A stretch of DNA of 63,968 nucleotides, counting the filler, from Lenisia limosa (lineage: Eukaryota; Protista; Breviatea), in assembly GCA_001655205.1 (NCBI GenBank). It is 7 parts of 7 records of this genome, joined end to end, with 100 filler letters (N's around TTAATTAATTAA, not from the genome) between each part and the next. Parts side by side here need not be neighbours in the genome. Positions count along the whole stretch, not along the records: positions 1 to 16,709 come from LPNZ01009349.1; positions 16,810 to 43,000 come from LPNZ01004538.1; 5 more parts are not named here. One strand, written 5' to 3'. Shown here piece after piece: positions 1 through 16,900 of the stretch. The notes under the pieces were generated by a model. The model was given only the letters and a program-made list of their open reading frames with translations. It did no database searches and had not been told where the DNA came from. The position numbers and the translations under genes were made by a program. The stretch's first letter is position 1; every line of letters starts with the position of its first letter.

Positions 1-376
1 GTAACGGTGCTGAACCCAGCTGGAAGAGATGAGAAAAGGAAACAAAAAAAAATAACGGGCGAAAATAATATTTCTTGCTTACACTGGGTTAGGGCCCTTG
101 GCGAAGAATCCAGGGTGCTTCTGCTTCATCCATCCGGACTGAAATGATGAGAACTGCTTGAGAGAAAAAAATATATCTCGGCAAATATTTGATGATTGGT
201 TATATTGGTAACCCTACCTTGTACCACATGGCACCGGTCTTGGCTTCATAACCTTCAGGCTCGTCCTTTCCGAAAGCTAAAAAAGTAAAAATCTATCAAA
301 ACAAAAACAAAAGGGGAATATCAAAAAATGTGCATAAAAACCAAAAAAACAACATTAAAACAAGCTCACCTCCCAT
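1..376 (-). CDS. Hypothetical protein, 5' part (4 exons visible, runs off window)
   Basis: ATG at 376 and GT-AG splicing give a continuous MGAFGKDEPEGYEAKTGAMWYKFSSFQSGWMKQKHPGFFAKGPNPVWVQHRY...; no family recognised. Head-to-head with DDX10. Confidence 0.6.
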
Positions 377-631
377 TATAGAATCTAATCGATATAGGTT
401 TCAAAAATTGGAAACAAAGGTATAAATAGTAATTTTCAGTTCAGTTCAGTTCATATTTAGTCCGTGAATTTATTATTTACGATATTAAATGACATTGTTT
501 TCATGTTCTTTATTTCTTTTGGCGCTTCATTCAGTTTCTGATCACGCTATCATCTCAAACTATCGTTTACATTAACAAGAAAAAGAATCATTTGAGCTGA
601 ATTTGAATAAGCTTGTGCCTTTTCCCTAACG

Positions 632-3600
632 ATGAAGCCAAAGGCTAATTCCAAGAAAAGGGCACCCAGATCAAGGGGACAGCTGAGTAACTTCCCTGTT
701 CCTGGTGTAGAAGTACCTGAACTGACCAAGGCCGTTCGTAGTATCATTCCAAAATGCGGGGTTTGTTCTTCTTGACCTTTCTTCCGCTTATAATATAGAC
801 AATTAATCAACTGGCAACAGGAGAAACACCCTTTCAATTTGATAGGCTTCCCCTCTCACAAAGGTCAAAGCAAGGTGAGTTTTGTAGTGTTCTGATTTCT
901 CTCAGGTTTGCTGAAATCCAAATACAAAACAATGACAGAAATTCAAAGAGCTGTTATTCCCCATGCTCTTTGCGGGCGCGATATTCTAGCTGCCGCTAAG
1001 ACTGGTTCTGGCAAGACTCTTGCCTTTGTATTGGCTGTAGGTATTATTTTTTTAGAGTCATTCATCCTTTTGAGATTGTGGAACGTCTTTATAGGCTTCA
1101 TTGGTCTCCTTCTGATGGGCTTGGTGCTCTTATTATTGCTCCTACTCGGGAATTGGTTTGATGGGAAATTTAATTAACTGTATGATTTTGTGTTCATCAC
1201 ATGTATGTAAAAGAACCCCTGACTGTGTTTAGACAATCCAAATCTTTGAGGTTTTGCGGTCTGTTGGTTGTTTCCATGGCTTTTCAGCGGGTGTTGTTAT
1301 TGGTGGAACAGACTTTAAGTTTGAAGCCGAGAGAATCGCTCAAATGAACATTCTGGTTGGGATAAGGCTTCTGATGTAATCTTCAAATGAAATTTTTTAT
1401 ACAGTTGTGCCCTTGCTTAATTTTGCGTTTATCTTTTAGGTTGCCACACCTGGCCGAATCCTTCAGCATATGGACCAAACACCTGGCTTCACTTGTGATA
1501 ACTTAAAACTCCTCGGTTTGTGGGAATATGCACACATGAGGCCTCCGTTTCGTTCTGGTTATGGATCAAATCCTACCTGCTATGATTATCTGCGTTGATG
1601 GTCTTGAATACATTGCTAATTGAAATATAGTCTTGGATGAGGCGGACAGACTACTGGACATGGGATTTAAGGAATCTCTGAACGCTATTATCCTGAACCT
1701 CTCAAAGTCAAGACAAACCGTATGTGGTTGATTGAAATTGATGCATCTTCCCAATTCACTTCAGTCCTCTACTTGAAATTGATGCATCTTCCCAATTCAC
1801 TTCAATCCTATACTTTAGCTCTCTTTTATTTTACCGTGCTTCACCAAATAGATGCTTTTCAGTGCTACTCAAACCAAGAGCATCAAGGATCTTGCACGAC
1901 TTTCGTTGTCATCACCGGAGTACATTGGTATTCATGACAAGGCTGAAAGTGCTACCCCTGCCAAACTCGAACAACATTACATGGTAAGTGTTATATACTT
2001 GTGTTTTGTGATCATTTGTTGTGTTTATTTTGTCCTTAAATTGTTGGTCGTTTTTTCTGATATTTAGACCATCGACCTCCCAACAAAGCTCAACGTCCTA
2101 TTTTCCTTCATCCGTTCCCATCCCTCAAACAAATCTATCGTCTTCTTCGCTACCTGCAAACAAGTAAGCCTCCTACTTTTCTTTTTTAATAGGGATACAA
2201 GATCTTATCTTTATCATTTATCTGTTGCTTTTTTATGTTGTAGTTTTTTTTAATTTATTTTCCTCTCCAAGTAAGTTTTATTATTTAGGTAAAATTCATC
2301 TATGAGGCTATCAGACAGCTAAGATGTGGTACTATGTTGTTCTGTCTCCATGGTAAAATGAGTCCTACAAAGCGCGTGGATGTCTACAACAAATACAAAA
2401 AGGCAGAAAAAGGTTAGATCTCGTTCTCCACTCTCCTTGTATGATCAAGATGTGTACTTATATTTCCCCTTAGAACGGTAACATTTATTCCATGTTTAAT
2501 ACCATTTTATTTTTTAAGAGGTTTCACTTTGATTATTGCAAGATGACCTTTTAGGTTGCCTTTTCTGCACAGATGTTGCTGCCCGCGGTTTAGATTTCCC
2601 AGATCTTGAATGGGTTGTTCAATACGATTGTCCTGAAGTGAGCCCCCCGCCCCCCTTTTTTATAACATATTATATCTTGGCTTCATTTCGGTTCAAAAAA
2701 CACCGTTAAAATATCGAAAGTTTTCGAGTATTCATCGAGAAATTCAGTCTTTTTTCGAACCGAAGTGAAGCCCTAATTATATCTGATATGATATAGTTCA
2801 TATATACAATATATGCGCAATAACCCATCCAGGATGTTGACTCCTATTTACACCGCGCTGGTCGTACTGCCAGGTTTGCTTCACTGTAGCTACATAAACA
2901 TTATTGGGTTTTATGTCAGAACGGTGTACTCACTGGACTAGGTATAAGAATGCTGGTAACTCTCTTCTCTTCCTTTTGCCTTCTGAAGGTGAAATGGTCA
3001 AGAAAATTGAGACTAGAAATGTGCCTCTTCAAGAAACACAGCCCAACATCAAGTGGGATTAGTGTTAGTATTTGATTGGTTATTGCTTTGATTTTCATTT
3101 CGTTACCAGAATTCACATACCGCAGGAAAATGAAGTCCATAACTGGTGATCTTGTTTCCCTCCTTATTTCTGACCCTTCCCTCAAACTCCTTGCGCAAAA
3201 AGCCTGTGTTGCATATCTTCGCAGTATCCACTTAATGCACGATAAGGTCTGATATAATATTTGTTTTTTTAAAAAATTATAACAATCTGAATGCAAGAGA
3301 TTCTCATATCCTTTGACTTTTGTAGTCCATCTTCAATGTCACTCTCCTCCCCTTCAAAGACTATTCGGCATCCCTGGGTCTCCCATCAATGCCGCAAGTC
3401 AAATTCTCGAGTGGTGGCCAAACCATTATCCAGGGCGGGCAGTTTGATGTTGGAGGGAAAGCTGGCGAAATCTAGACTACTTTTTTTGCATGTGACTTTG
3501 ACACACAACAGGACAACCAAGGTTCGGCCGATGAAGGGTCAGAATCCGATTCCGATTTCTCTGATGAGTCTGACAGTGACGATGACAAAGTGGAAAAGAA

Positions 3601-4596
3601 GCCAAAGGTTTGTTAACTGTCATTGATGTACACGTGCAAGCTTTGTAAATATAATTTGGTCTTATTATTTAGAAGAAAACCAAAATGGAACGTCTATTTT
3701 CGAGGAAGAATCAGTTGCAGTTCTCTTCCGATGCTCAACAGTTTGGTGAAGTCGCTGGTGGGCTGAGGGTTCCATGATCAAACAAATTTATTAGGGTTTC
3801 ATGAAATAATATACATTTGAGATGTAAGGATTTTCTTGATTCTTCAGCTGTGATTATGTGGATATGAGAATTATTAATCAAAGGTCCTCCTATTACAATT
3901 TTGATACTCAATAAAGAAAAATCCTGTAATCGGGGTACCCAGATAACTAGTTTAGAGTCAGATGACACTGCTGGTGTTCTTTCATTCAAACGAACTCTTG
4001 GACAAACCGACGCCGAAAAAATGGAAGCAGTTCGTAAGACCCTCCCCGTCAAGAAAACGTCAATGTCCAAAATTAAACAGAAGAAGGCCAAGAAGCCGAC
4101 TGGTCAACAGATGCACTTTACTGATGATGGAAAGGTATTAGTTTTGAACTTACACTGCTGTAATTGTTTTTATTTGACACTTTTCACTGTCAACCAGTCT
4201 GCTACAGCTTTCGAGAAACTTGCCAGTACTTCCGCACCGAAAAAGAACTTCAAGGAGGAGTATGAGGGTAACCTTATCATTTTACTTCCATATTTGTCAC
4301 CGCAGAAAGCTGTGTGTACAGAGTAGTAAGGCAAATGATTGGGTGAAAAATATTTGTCACATTTAACTTTTCTAGGGTTCGCAGTAAACTGTCAGAGGTG
4401 GATTCTGAAGATATTCAAGTCCAAAAGAAGAAGCTTAAGGAGAGAAGATTGAAGAAAAAGATGAAGGTTGGTTACAAAAATGGCACACTCATTGGTTTTC
4501 TTTTCTCAATTGCTTCAGAAACAAAGAGATTTTGATGGCAGCCAAGCCCCAGTCCTTGGAGCGGTGTTAGGTTCCCCTGATAGTGATAATGAGTAA
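632..4596 (+). CDS. DDX10: DEAD-box RNA helicase DDX10/DBP4 (multi-exon)
   Basis: Spliced exons give the Q motif (TEIQRAVIP), [43 protein letters not shown] and HRAGRTARY, plus DBP4-type C-terminal segments ([28 protein letters not shown]). Stop TAA at 4594-4596. Confidence 0.93.
1732..1804. repeat. Intronic tandem duplication (32 nt unit, period 41)
   Basis: ttgaaattgatgcatcttcccaattcacttca at 1732-1763 and 1773-1804. Confidence 0.9.
2678..2773. mobile_element. ~95 bp MITE (GGGCTTC...GAAGCCC family) in a DDX10 intron
   Basis: Inverted termini tggcttcatttcggttcaaaaaa / ttttttcgaaccgaagtgaagccc followed by TA. Confidence 0.8.
4301..4349 (+). mobile_element. 49 nt micro-element flanked by an 11 bp direct repeat, in a DDX10 intron
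   Basis: atatttgtcac at 4290-4300 and 4350-4360; the first 46 nt match 6857-6902 at 42/46. Confidence 0.7.
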
Positions 4597-4699
4597 TGTA
4601 GTCCATTTTGTCAATCCAACACACAATACAGATTGATAGTACTTCAACCAGTTCTTGCTAAGTCTAGAACTGCCCAAAACCAGGACAAGAGCCAATTGT

Positions 4700-5455
4700 T
4701 CACTCAACTACATTGGCCTCTTTCAACAACTCCTCTAGTTGGTCCTCCTGCATCATCTCAAAAGCAATATCCAGTCCGCCAACAAATTCATGGCCGATGT
4801 AAAGCTTCAAAGGTTAACAGGTAATTGACATGATATCTGAAATAGTCACGCAGACCTGAGGGAAAGTGGGCCACTCTGAATAGTCCTTGGCTGCTTGTCG
4901 GATGTTTTCGTCAGAGAGCACATTGAATGAGGGAATATCTTCGTTAGCAATACCTACTCCATAAAACAAATTAACAAAATATAAGGTACCAATAGACTGA
5001 TTTGATGACAAACAGAAAATTGAGTTCTTTTTTTTTTTTAAATATCAAAATCACAGTTTACGGAATATGACATATTTGTGGATTTCTAGATATTTCAAAT
5101 TTGGCTTCTCTTAATATATCACCATACCATGAGCATTTAATAGCTGGATCATGTTTGCTGAGAACCCACAAGCCTTAGAAATAAGAAGTCAGGGGGAAAA
5201 CAAACAAACCGGGTCGTCTGGGTAACCTTTCATGAATAAAAATAGGTCGTTGTCAGAAATAAGTGATTTAACCATATCAACATCAGCAGCCGAAACCTGA
5301 ATATGATGAGTAATATTCGCAAGCAAAATAGGCCCAACCTCAGGTTTTTCGTCAGGCACCCCACCAATTGAAATCAATCTTGAAATTGGTTTCATTGCAG
5401 CAATAGAAGGGCTTGATACACCCATAAGGCATAAACTTCTCAGAGACGACAGCAT
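4700..5455 (-). CDS. GRX5: Monothiol glutaredoxin (Grx5/GLRX5-like, CGFS), probable organellar targeting peptide
   Basis: Spliced: MLSSLRSLCLMGVSSPSIAAMKPISRL...LFLFMKGYPDDPACGFSANMIQLL...[23 protein letters not shown]; stop TGA at 4700-4702. Confidence 0.92.
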
Positions 5456-5719
5456 TTTTATGATTAATAAAGCAATGAATTTGTAATAACTCTGAATATA
5501 AACCTAGAATATAAAAGCAAGAACGCAAGAACAAAAACAAAAAGTTTGTTTTTAATGAGAAACATTACAAATTGACTGACTTTCTAGTCCAATCTACAAA
5601 GGCTCGCAAAGGCCCCAACAAGGCCCTTTTTGTGAATATCCTTCCTCTTTCCAGCCCTTTCGCATCCTCTTCGTGTTACTTAATATCTTTCACTTCCAAT
5701 TTGTTCTGGCTATGCTAAA

Positions 5720-9007
<3,288 letters not shown>

Positions 9008-9296
9008 GTTTTTCTTAAATATTTTTTTCTTAGTCCATGTTGTGTGTAGTATTAATTATGTCTACTTTTTCACTCTTAGATTTCATATCAAGTTTTGTTT
9101 ACCAGCAAGGTTAGAATAACCGAGATAGTATCTGTACAAGCTCAAACGCTGGGGATCTGCTATCTGAGCAGAATACAGAGAATTGTGTTTGGTTTTGATG
9201 AGAGAAACTGGAAAATGAATACAATTACAACTAAATATACAAACTCTTTCTTCAAAAAAAAGTACAAAAACCATTTCCTAAACACATATACATACC

Positions 9297-10463
9297 TTAC
9301 TGCTTTTGATGTTTATCATCTAAAGAGTCATATGATTCTATATCCACATCTATAATTGTATGCTCCAAAAAGTCAACCCACCATTTTCATCATCACTACT
9401 TTCAACTTGGCTCCATTCAGACCACTTTTCTTTGAGATACTGTTCTTCCGTCTTCCCTTTGACTGCTCGCTTCAACTCGTCACTTTTCTGCAACAGTCAG
9501 ACAATTCATCAATTCCAAATGCAACCAACAAGGATGCACCTCCTTTCGATGGCAGCCTGGGTTTTGTCATCATTGATCAGCGCCGAGGTCATGGTTTTAT
9601 CAAACATGATGGCTGTTGTTGACAGTGGTGGCTTCTAACGAGTGTAAGTAACAGGAAAACTGAATTAATTGGGAAGACTCAGGATTGGATTGATCAATTA
9701 GCTTACAATTATGCTGAATAAATCAGCAGTGGCAGTGTTTTCAGTCTCCTTCCGCAAAGACAAGATGTGTTCTTTTCGTTTCTCGACCGTCTCATCCGAG
9801 TTATCGGACTCTGCACTGGCCTGAAAGATGAGAAAAGCCAGTTCGTTTGAAACTGAAGTAACAAGTGTAGAAATGCGAAATGGAAATAGTTTCAATATTA
9901 AAAACTGCACTGTCATGTACCCCCATACCTTGCTTTGATACCACTCCAGAACAAGACGGATGTTCTCATCGACCATGGCATCAAGGACATCATCAACATC
10001 AACACCAGCAATAGATGTGGGTGTCACCTAACCAGTTAACAGAAAATGAACGAATATTCTTACCTCCTCTCCCATTTCAAGTCTGTTGTTGCCAAACTTC
10101 TCAAGGACCTGTTCAACATTGACCTTTGGTGGCCCCGGCAAGGATTCTGCAATGCCGAGTTGGTGAGCAGCGAGACGGACATGTGCCGTCATGCCTCCGG
10201 TTGAGTTTGCAAGGCCCTTGTTATCCAGAAGACCAGTACTGGACATGGCACCTGTATCCAAAGTCAATTATGTTAATATTAAGAGAGAAATATTGGTTTA
10301 TTTCTAACAAACATATGTATGGTAACGATCAAATATTGAAATGGAGAAATGCAAATTCAACACTGTTCCTACCAGTTTTCCTGGCGATGAGAGTGTTTCG
10401 ACGAAACTCTCTTTGTGCTTCTTCTCTGGTAAACGTTTGGCCCTCTAACCACATTAGATACAT
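9297..10463 (-). CDS. Hypothetical protein (~250 aa, multi-exon)
   Basis: GT-AG exons join in frame from MYLMWLEGQTFTREEAQREF... to ...YDSLDDKHQKQ*; family not recognised; 3' end uncertain. Confidence 0.6.
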
Positions 10464-10998
10464 GGCAGTACTTCTAAATGATATTGAAAAATAGCATTGA
10501 TATAGTATATTACAGGATATACTATATCAATATGCACATCGCTACATTATACTACATATCATATCATGTCATTTATGATATATGTGTATGTGTTCATGTT
10601 TCCCCCTCAATAGAGGAAGTTATAAATCCAAAATATTTATCTCAACCTTTAATACAACGAAGCATCAAGTATCCCTAATCTCAACCTTTACCCACTATGA
10701 TACAACGAAGCATCAAGTGTCCCTAGAAGGTAGCAGAAGAGCTGGTTTATCTCTTCTGTTGTCTAAGGGGTTATTATGGGAGTATTAGGAGGGGAAAACA
10801 CTTGCTGCCCTTTTACAAGGTGAGAAATGAACTTCATTTCATTTGCAGCTTCAACTCCATAATTTTCCAAGCCTAAACTATGAGGTGGTCACAAATAATA
10901 TATCATATGCAGCAAAAAATAAAAGTCATGGAACATTGCACGAATTATAATGAATCCACCCAACCCACCAAGATATATTGTATGAAGGAAATAGGTTT

Positions 10999-11228
10999 TC
11001 AATGAAACGTTCTCAGAAGTCCGAGTCCAAGTTCGCGCTGATCCTGAGAAGTATCTAGAACATAAGCCGCTAGCTCCTCAACCAACTCATTCGTCAAATC
11101 AGAATTCTCATCCAGAAAAGAGGTGTCTGAAAACTTTTTGCGCAGTTGCCTGAAGAATGCCTTCTCAATATCGCTAATCTGCATTATTCCTTGCCTGGGG
11201 GAGGTCAATTCCTCCAAGATCTGACGAA
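10999..11228 (-). CDS. Terminal exon of a hypothetical gene
   Basis: Open helical, acidic exon ILEELTSPRQGIMQ...GLLRTFH* after a cag acceptor; upstream exons masked or unclear. Confidence 0.4.
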
Positions 11229-11610
11229 AGGGATAGGGGAGGAGATGGGGGGGGGGTGGNNNNNNNNNNNNNNNNNNNNNNNNNNNNNNNNNNNNNNNNN
11301 NNNNNNNNNNNNNNNNNNCTTATATTGTTGTCAATATTAATTAATAAAATAACAAAGGGCGTGCAAAGGAGGATGGATGTTGACAATTCAAACAAAAATG
11401 AGTCCGGCGCTAGGGGGTTATGGGGGGGGGCACTCGCGCGCTTGTCTCTCGCCCCTTCTAAATGACTGTTGAATGCCCTGCGATACTATAACTATCGCAT
11501 GACTACCGTTTTGCTAAACGACGAAGTTGGGACATTAAAATTCTGCTTCTTTGGAATGAAAACCTACAGAAGTAGCAAGAGGTCGGCTTCTTTGATATCT
11601 CGGTGCTATC

Positions 11611-13552
11611 ATGTACTCTTATGAAAACTTGTGTGACCAATCTAGTGGAAAAGCCCCTCGTCTCTATGCAACATCATCGTTTGTGGGAGCCAAGTTTATG
11701 TCGGTATATATATGCCTTCGAGATGAGGATTTTTACAAATACGTCTCCTTGGTTGAGTAACCAGTGTAACGAATCTAGGCCCAAAGTTGAAAAGGAGAAA
11801 TCAGCACCAAAAACTCCAGCAGAAGAGCCAAAGAAGCTAACTCAAAGCATTCTGTCATTGGGGGGGATGAAGAAGAAAGCTATTGTTACATGTGCTGGTT
11901 GGTGGGAAGCGTGTATTATTCCTCACCTCGTCCTAAAGAAGACCGTTTCTTTTTATCAAAGTTATCATTTAGAATGTGGGATGGTATACGCCAATGGTGA
12001 TGAAGAAGATGAGAAAGTACACCTCAAAAAGCACAACATGAAGGCGCAGGGAGTCGATACAAAGGTGAATTCTATTTACTTTTCAGAGCATTCGGATTTG
12101 TTTACTTTTGTTCTTTTGAAAGATAATAACAGCAAACAGATTCATCCCTTCTTTGACTCAGTTGCCGGGCACTTCCAATCCTATTCATGTAACGTCCAAG
12201 TCAATATTAACTCGGTAAGTGGATAAGGAGGATGTCAGCTTTTTTCAAATCTTCAATCGTGTACTACTTATCTTCAGATCAAGGACATTATTGGACACGT
12301 GAGCTCTGAATTGGGCTACGACTATGAAATTCATCCAAAAGACAGAGTTAGGGGGAGGGGTAGCTTTGACAGAATAACTATCCAAGGCAACATGAGTGTT
12401 TTAACCTAAGTGTGGAGTGGGTTATTAAACATGTGAACAGATACAACCAGGACGTCGCTCTGGTTATAAGCACCAATACGTGTAGATATTCCATGGATAT
12501 TCTCGGTTATTTTTGAACGATATTACATTTTGCCCTTTGTGCTTTTGTTAATATTTAGATCTTCATGAAAATTGTTCAAAAGAAGTGTGTGAGTGTGATT
12601 GTTGCCCGACCTGTCACAAATGAAACAATTAAATTTGCCGAAACTCGGGACTCCTCGTTCCCAACTCAGCTTCCTACGGTTTGTTGTCGATAATCTTTTC
12701 ACTTTCCACGCACGTGTGTGACAGTTTCTTCTACTCATCTTTCCAGACTACCAAGGTGTTGCAACCTTCAACGCCAAAAAAGCAAAGAACGATTCCATCC
12801 TTCTTCTCGCCTTCACCAAACCCTTCATCGCCCGAAACGGTGACGTCATCCTCAAGTCAACCTCTGTCAACTCCAACTCCTCCCCCAGCCTCTTCTTATG
12901 ATATCAAGACAAATGTAGGTAATGGGTTAAGGGAGTAATTCCGTTGCCCTTGAGGATTGTACACAAAATATAACAACTAGCCACCTCCAGTAATTATTAG
13001 TAAAAAGCAACAAAGACAGCAGACGAGGAATAAAACAACCCAAAAATCTTGATTTTTTTCACAGATTTGGAGCCTTTATGATCCGCATCAAAAAAACTCA
13101 TTTCATATGATATGGTGTTGCNNNNNNNNNNNNNNNNNNNNNNNNNNNNNNNNNNNNNNNNNNNNNNNNNNNNNNNNNNNNNNNNNNNNNNNNNNNNNNN
13201 NTAATTTTGTTTTCTTATATTCAGTTGAGAGTGTTGAAATGATGGTTTAGGAAGAGGCTGCTGCACGTGCTGCAGTGTTGATGATGTGGACTGCGTTGAA
13301 TGAACGACGAAAAGGCCACCTCTCCTCCCTGCTAACCTATTTGAGGTATTTGATTTGATTATCTTAGAAATAATACAAGAGATTATATCGGTCAGAGTCC
13401 GTCACAAAGATAACTACATTTTGAGTCAATGATTTAGGGAGTCCATCATCTTCGGTAATACGATCCAATTAGATGACATCGCCTTCTCAGCCCCCACGCA
13501 AAGCGGCCTTTTGCTTGTTCAGGTACAAGAGATGATGAAGACAGTTGTTTGA
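11611..13552 (+). CDS. Hypothetical multi-exon protein with a canonical PIP-box-like motif
   Basis: Exons such as PKVEKEKSAPKTPAEEPKK, SFYQSYHLECGMVYAN, QRTIPSFF (12783-12806), EEAAARAAVLMMWTAL; start and end approximate. Confidence 0.5.
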
Positions 13553-13941
13553 AAATGACATGAATTAAAATGATAGCAAGAAAGGTGGCACTCATCGACT
13601 TCCTTCTGATTATTTTCATTTGATTAAATTTAGTCAGTAACTCGCAATTGCACCGTGAAAGTAATTGATGAATCATAAGCTTGCTAAAGTTACTATTTCT
13701 TCTTTGTTTTTTTGAATTGTTGTGTGTAGTAGTGTGTTTTTGTATATTGTTTTAGAATGGTATTAATTATTTCTGTGAAAGTGGCATGATACAAGTAATA
13801 CAACAATAAATATTAAACTACAATTCTCAACATTAATTCGGTAAAACATCTTCAGTTCAGGAATAAAAACATTCAAAGAACCATCAACAAGATGAAGCTA
13901 CACAATAAGAGCATGAAGAAAAGAGCTCTACCGAAATGTGT

Positions 13942-16900
13942 TCATATTTCAATTTTCTTCTCTAATTTGGCTTTCAGTTCTTCAATCTAAGGGTCAGAAT
14001 TGTAACATTTGAGCTAACTTTTTCATCCTTTTCCATGACAACTCTTTGGTATCCGGCCACTTCAGCCTTCAACCGCATTACCTCTGAGAAACTGTCTCGA
14101 GAGGCATGTGCAATTGCAACTTCCATTCTTAAAATATCAGCAAAACGTCCCCTTGCAATTATTTTATATCACACAAGAAGAGATTCTTACTTTCGACATT
14201 CGTTCTCCCATCCAGCAGCACAAGCAGCAAATTCAGCCTCGCGGTTCTCATTGGTCAATCTTTCCTCAGTGGCTTTGTTCTGGAACTTCTCTGCCTCTTC
14301 AAGAGCTTGGCTTTGTACCATCAATTTGTGTTCCAATTCTGTGATCTTTGTTGAAAGTTCTTCTTCCTGGAAGGGAATAATGTCAATCTTTTAGACAGGA
14401 TTATACATCAATATGTATGTATTCGTGTCTACCCTCTTATAATACTGAGTCAAGATATAAAACAAGGATAGGTATGCAATTTAGAATTCAACACAACATA
14501 CCTTAGCCTTGGCAAGTTGGTCAGCCTCAATGAAACTTGAAGAACGATCCATCCACTCTTCAGCTCTAGCGGTCCATTTCTTTTCAATTGTCTCTATCCT
14601 CTTCTCTGTACAGAGCTCAATTTCAGAAAGCTGCTCCAGATGTGACTTCTGATTGGAATTGAGACGCTCTTCAGTAGATAGCGCCTAATTGAGGTTATTT
14701 AAAATCAAATATGTATAATAGCTACATCAGAGAGTTCTAAATAGCCCTGTTCTCATATTGACAATACAAAACTCAGAGCCAACTCTGTCTTCAGCTCGCT
14801 GCAATCTTTGAAGGAGTGCTTCCAATTTAGAGTTCACCACCAATAGACTCTGCTCAGCGTTTTGACGTTTCTCTCTTTCCTCTTGGAAAAATGAGTACTG
14901 CTACTTCAAAAAAACTGATGATAGTATATGATATGATATAATATATCATACTAATATTACATTTCATATCATATGATATGTGTTACATATCTTGAGTATT
15001 GACGGAAATTGCATTTGGTAAGGTTAATCAAGCCAGTTAGAATACAAAATTTAGAAAATGAACAAATTTATTCAATGTAACATTTAACCAGTTTCCGCAC
15101 CTTTGACCTCTAAAGCAAAAGATTTCGTTTGCATCTCAGCTGCAGCCAGATTCTGTAGAACATGCGACACAATTTCAGGATTGTCTGAGGACTTTACTGC
15201 TTCCAAAACATCCTAAATGAGTTAAAGAGACTAATTATTGTTGTAGGATTGTGTAAGAGATATAATTTGTAATTGAGGTATGTGAATAAAGATAAGGTGA
15301 AATTTGAAAACCAGTTATACTATAGAGTATTCTAATAGTAAAGCATAGTATGCCACTTCAGTACGACTCAAAATCATTATAATTTCTATAATCACTAAAA
15401 AAAAACGCAACAAGGAGACAAAAACTATCCTCATACTTCAGTTGCTCTCATCAGGGCAAGCTCCAAAGAATCGATCATCTGATCAGCAGATTCAATTTCC
15501 ACAGCCAAAGCAGCCACTTTGAATTCTGCCTCTTCTCGAAGCGCCTTTTCTTTGATGAATTGCTCCTGTTGGAATAAATGAGTTTTGAACCTGAATATTC
15601 ATCTATATTCATGCATACTATACCATGTGATTTGTATTTACTATATCATATAGAGATGAGAAATAAAACCTATATACCGGGCCGCGGAGATTCATGAATA
15701 AGGACACCTCCTTTTTACTACTCTAACAAAGGGTGGCAATAATACACCTATTTTTCTGCTATCTATTTCAAAGAAACGCTGATTTACAAATACCCAACCC
15801 GTACAGTGGTACTTTCCAAGTCTCTTTCAAGCTCATGATTCACAGAAGCCTGCTTTCGAGCGGACATATTCCTAATATAGTGAAATACCAGAATGAATGG
15901 GAAAGATAGAATGGGTGCTTTCATGACACCAAACTAACATTGAAGGTCGCGCCTTTGACCGTGATTGGGGGTTGGAAGTCTGAAAAGGTGAAATTGAGCC
16001 GACAAAAGAAGCAGATAAGAGATAAGAGAGGGTTTGAAGACAAACAAGAGGCAAACCAGTGGTCGTCGTGACGATGACAAATGCTGAAGTGTTAAAATAG
16101 TTAACCAGTATTTCTGTTTTCGGTAACGAAGTGTTTTTTTTGAAGAAGAGGAATAATATACATTAAAAATCTTGGGAAACAAATAAATACATAGGTACAG
16201 GAATCAGTTATAGGTTATATTTTCTTCAAACAAAGTCAAGTATTTCAGAGTTGCTGATATGAAATTATGAGAGGAATTTCCAATTTCCCTCATTATCATC
16301 CAAGATGATCCCACAGCGACCTCAGTACTTCGGAGCGTCTCCAAAGTGGATGCCAGGAGCTCAGTCACTGACGCTGGCTCTCTCCTCGAAGACTGCTATG
16401 CAATCAATATGGTCATATGAGGACAGTGAACTTCACTGTATTCTTCAGTACCCCCCCCCCCCATTAAACGCATACTGAGAAGGTGGACTTTGAAGGCATC
16501 TTGGTAGCAATGTGGAGTGAAGAGAAGAGGGCTGTCTTGACAGTGGTGTGTAGTTGAGGTCAGTTGTCTTGTTGTCTCTTCGTATAGTGTCTGTTTCTTC
16601 TGTTATTGGGAATACTGGGGGTGCTCTGGGATTGCGTGGGAGGGAGAGGCTTGGGATTGGCGGCTGTGCAAAAGTGCAAAAAGTGCAAAAAGTGCAAAAA
16701 GTGCAAAAANNNNNNNNNNNNNNNNNNNNNNNNNNNNNNNNNNNNNNNNNNNNTTAATTAATTAANNNNNNNNNNNNNNNNNNNNNNNNNNNNNNNNNNN
16801 NNNNNNNNNTTGACGACGACAGGGGGTAGTACGGGCTGGACGTTAGAATCAAACTTGTGGGCTGTCACAGTTAGAGGGTAAAAGATGGGAAGGTTTGAAG

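Noticed and set aside
16710-16809. TTAATTAATTAA motif recurring six times between N-runs
   Set aside because: Always N44 + 12 + N44; an assembly linker, not biology.
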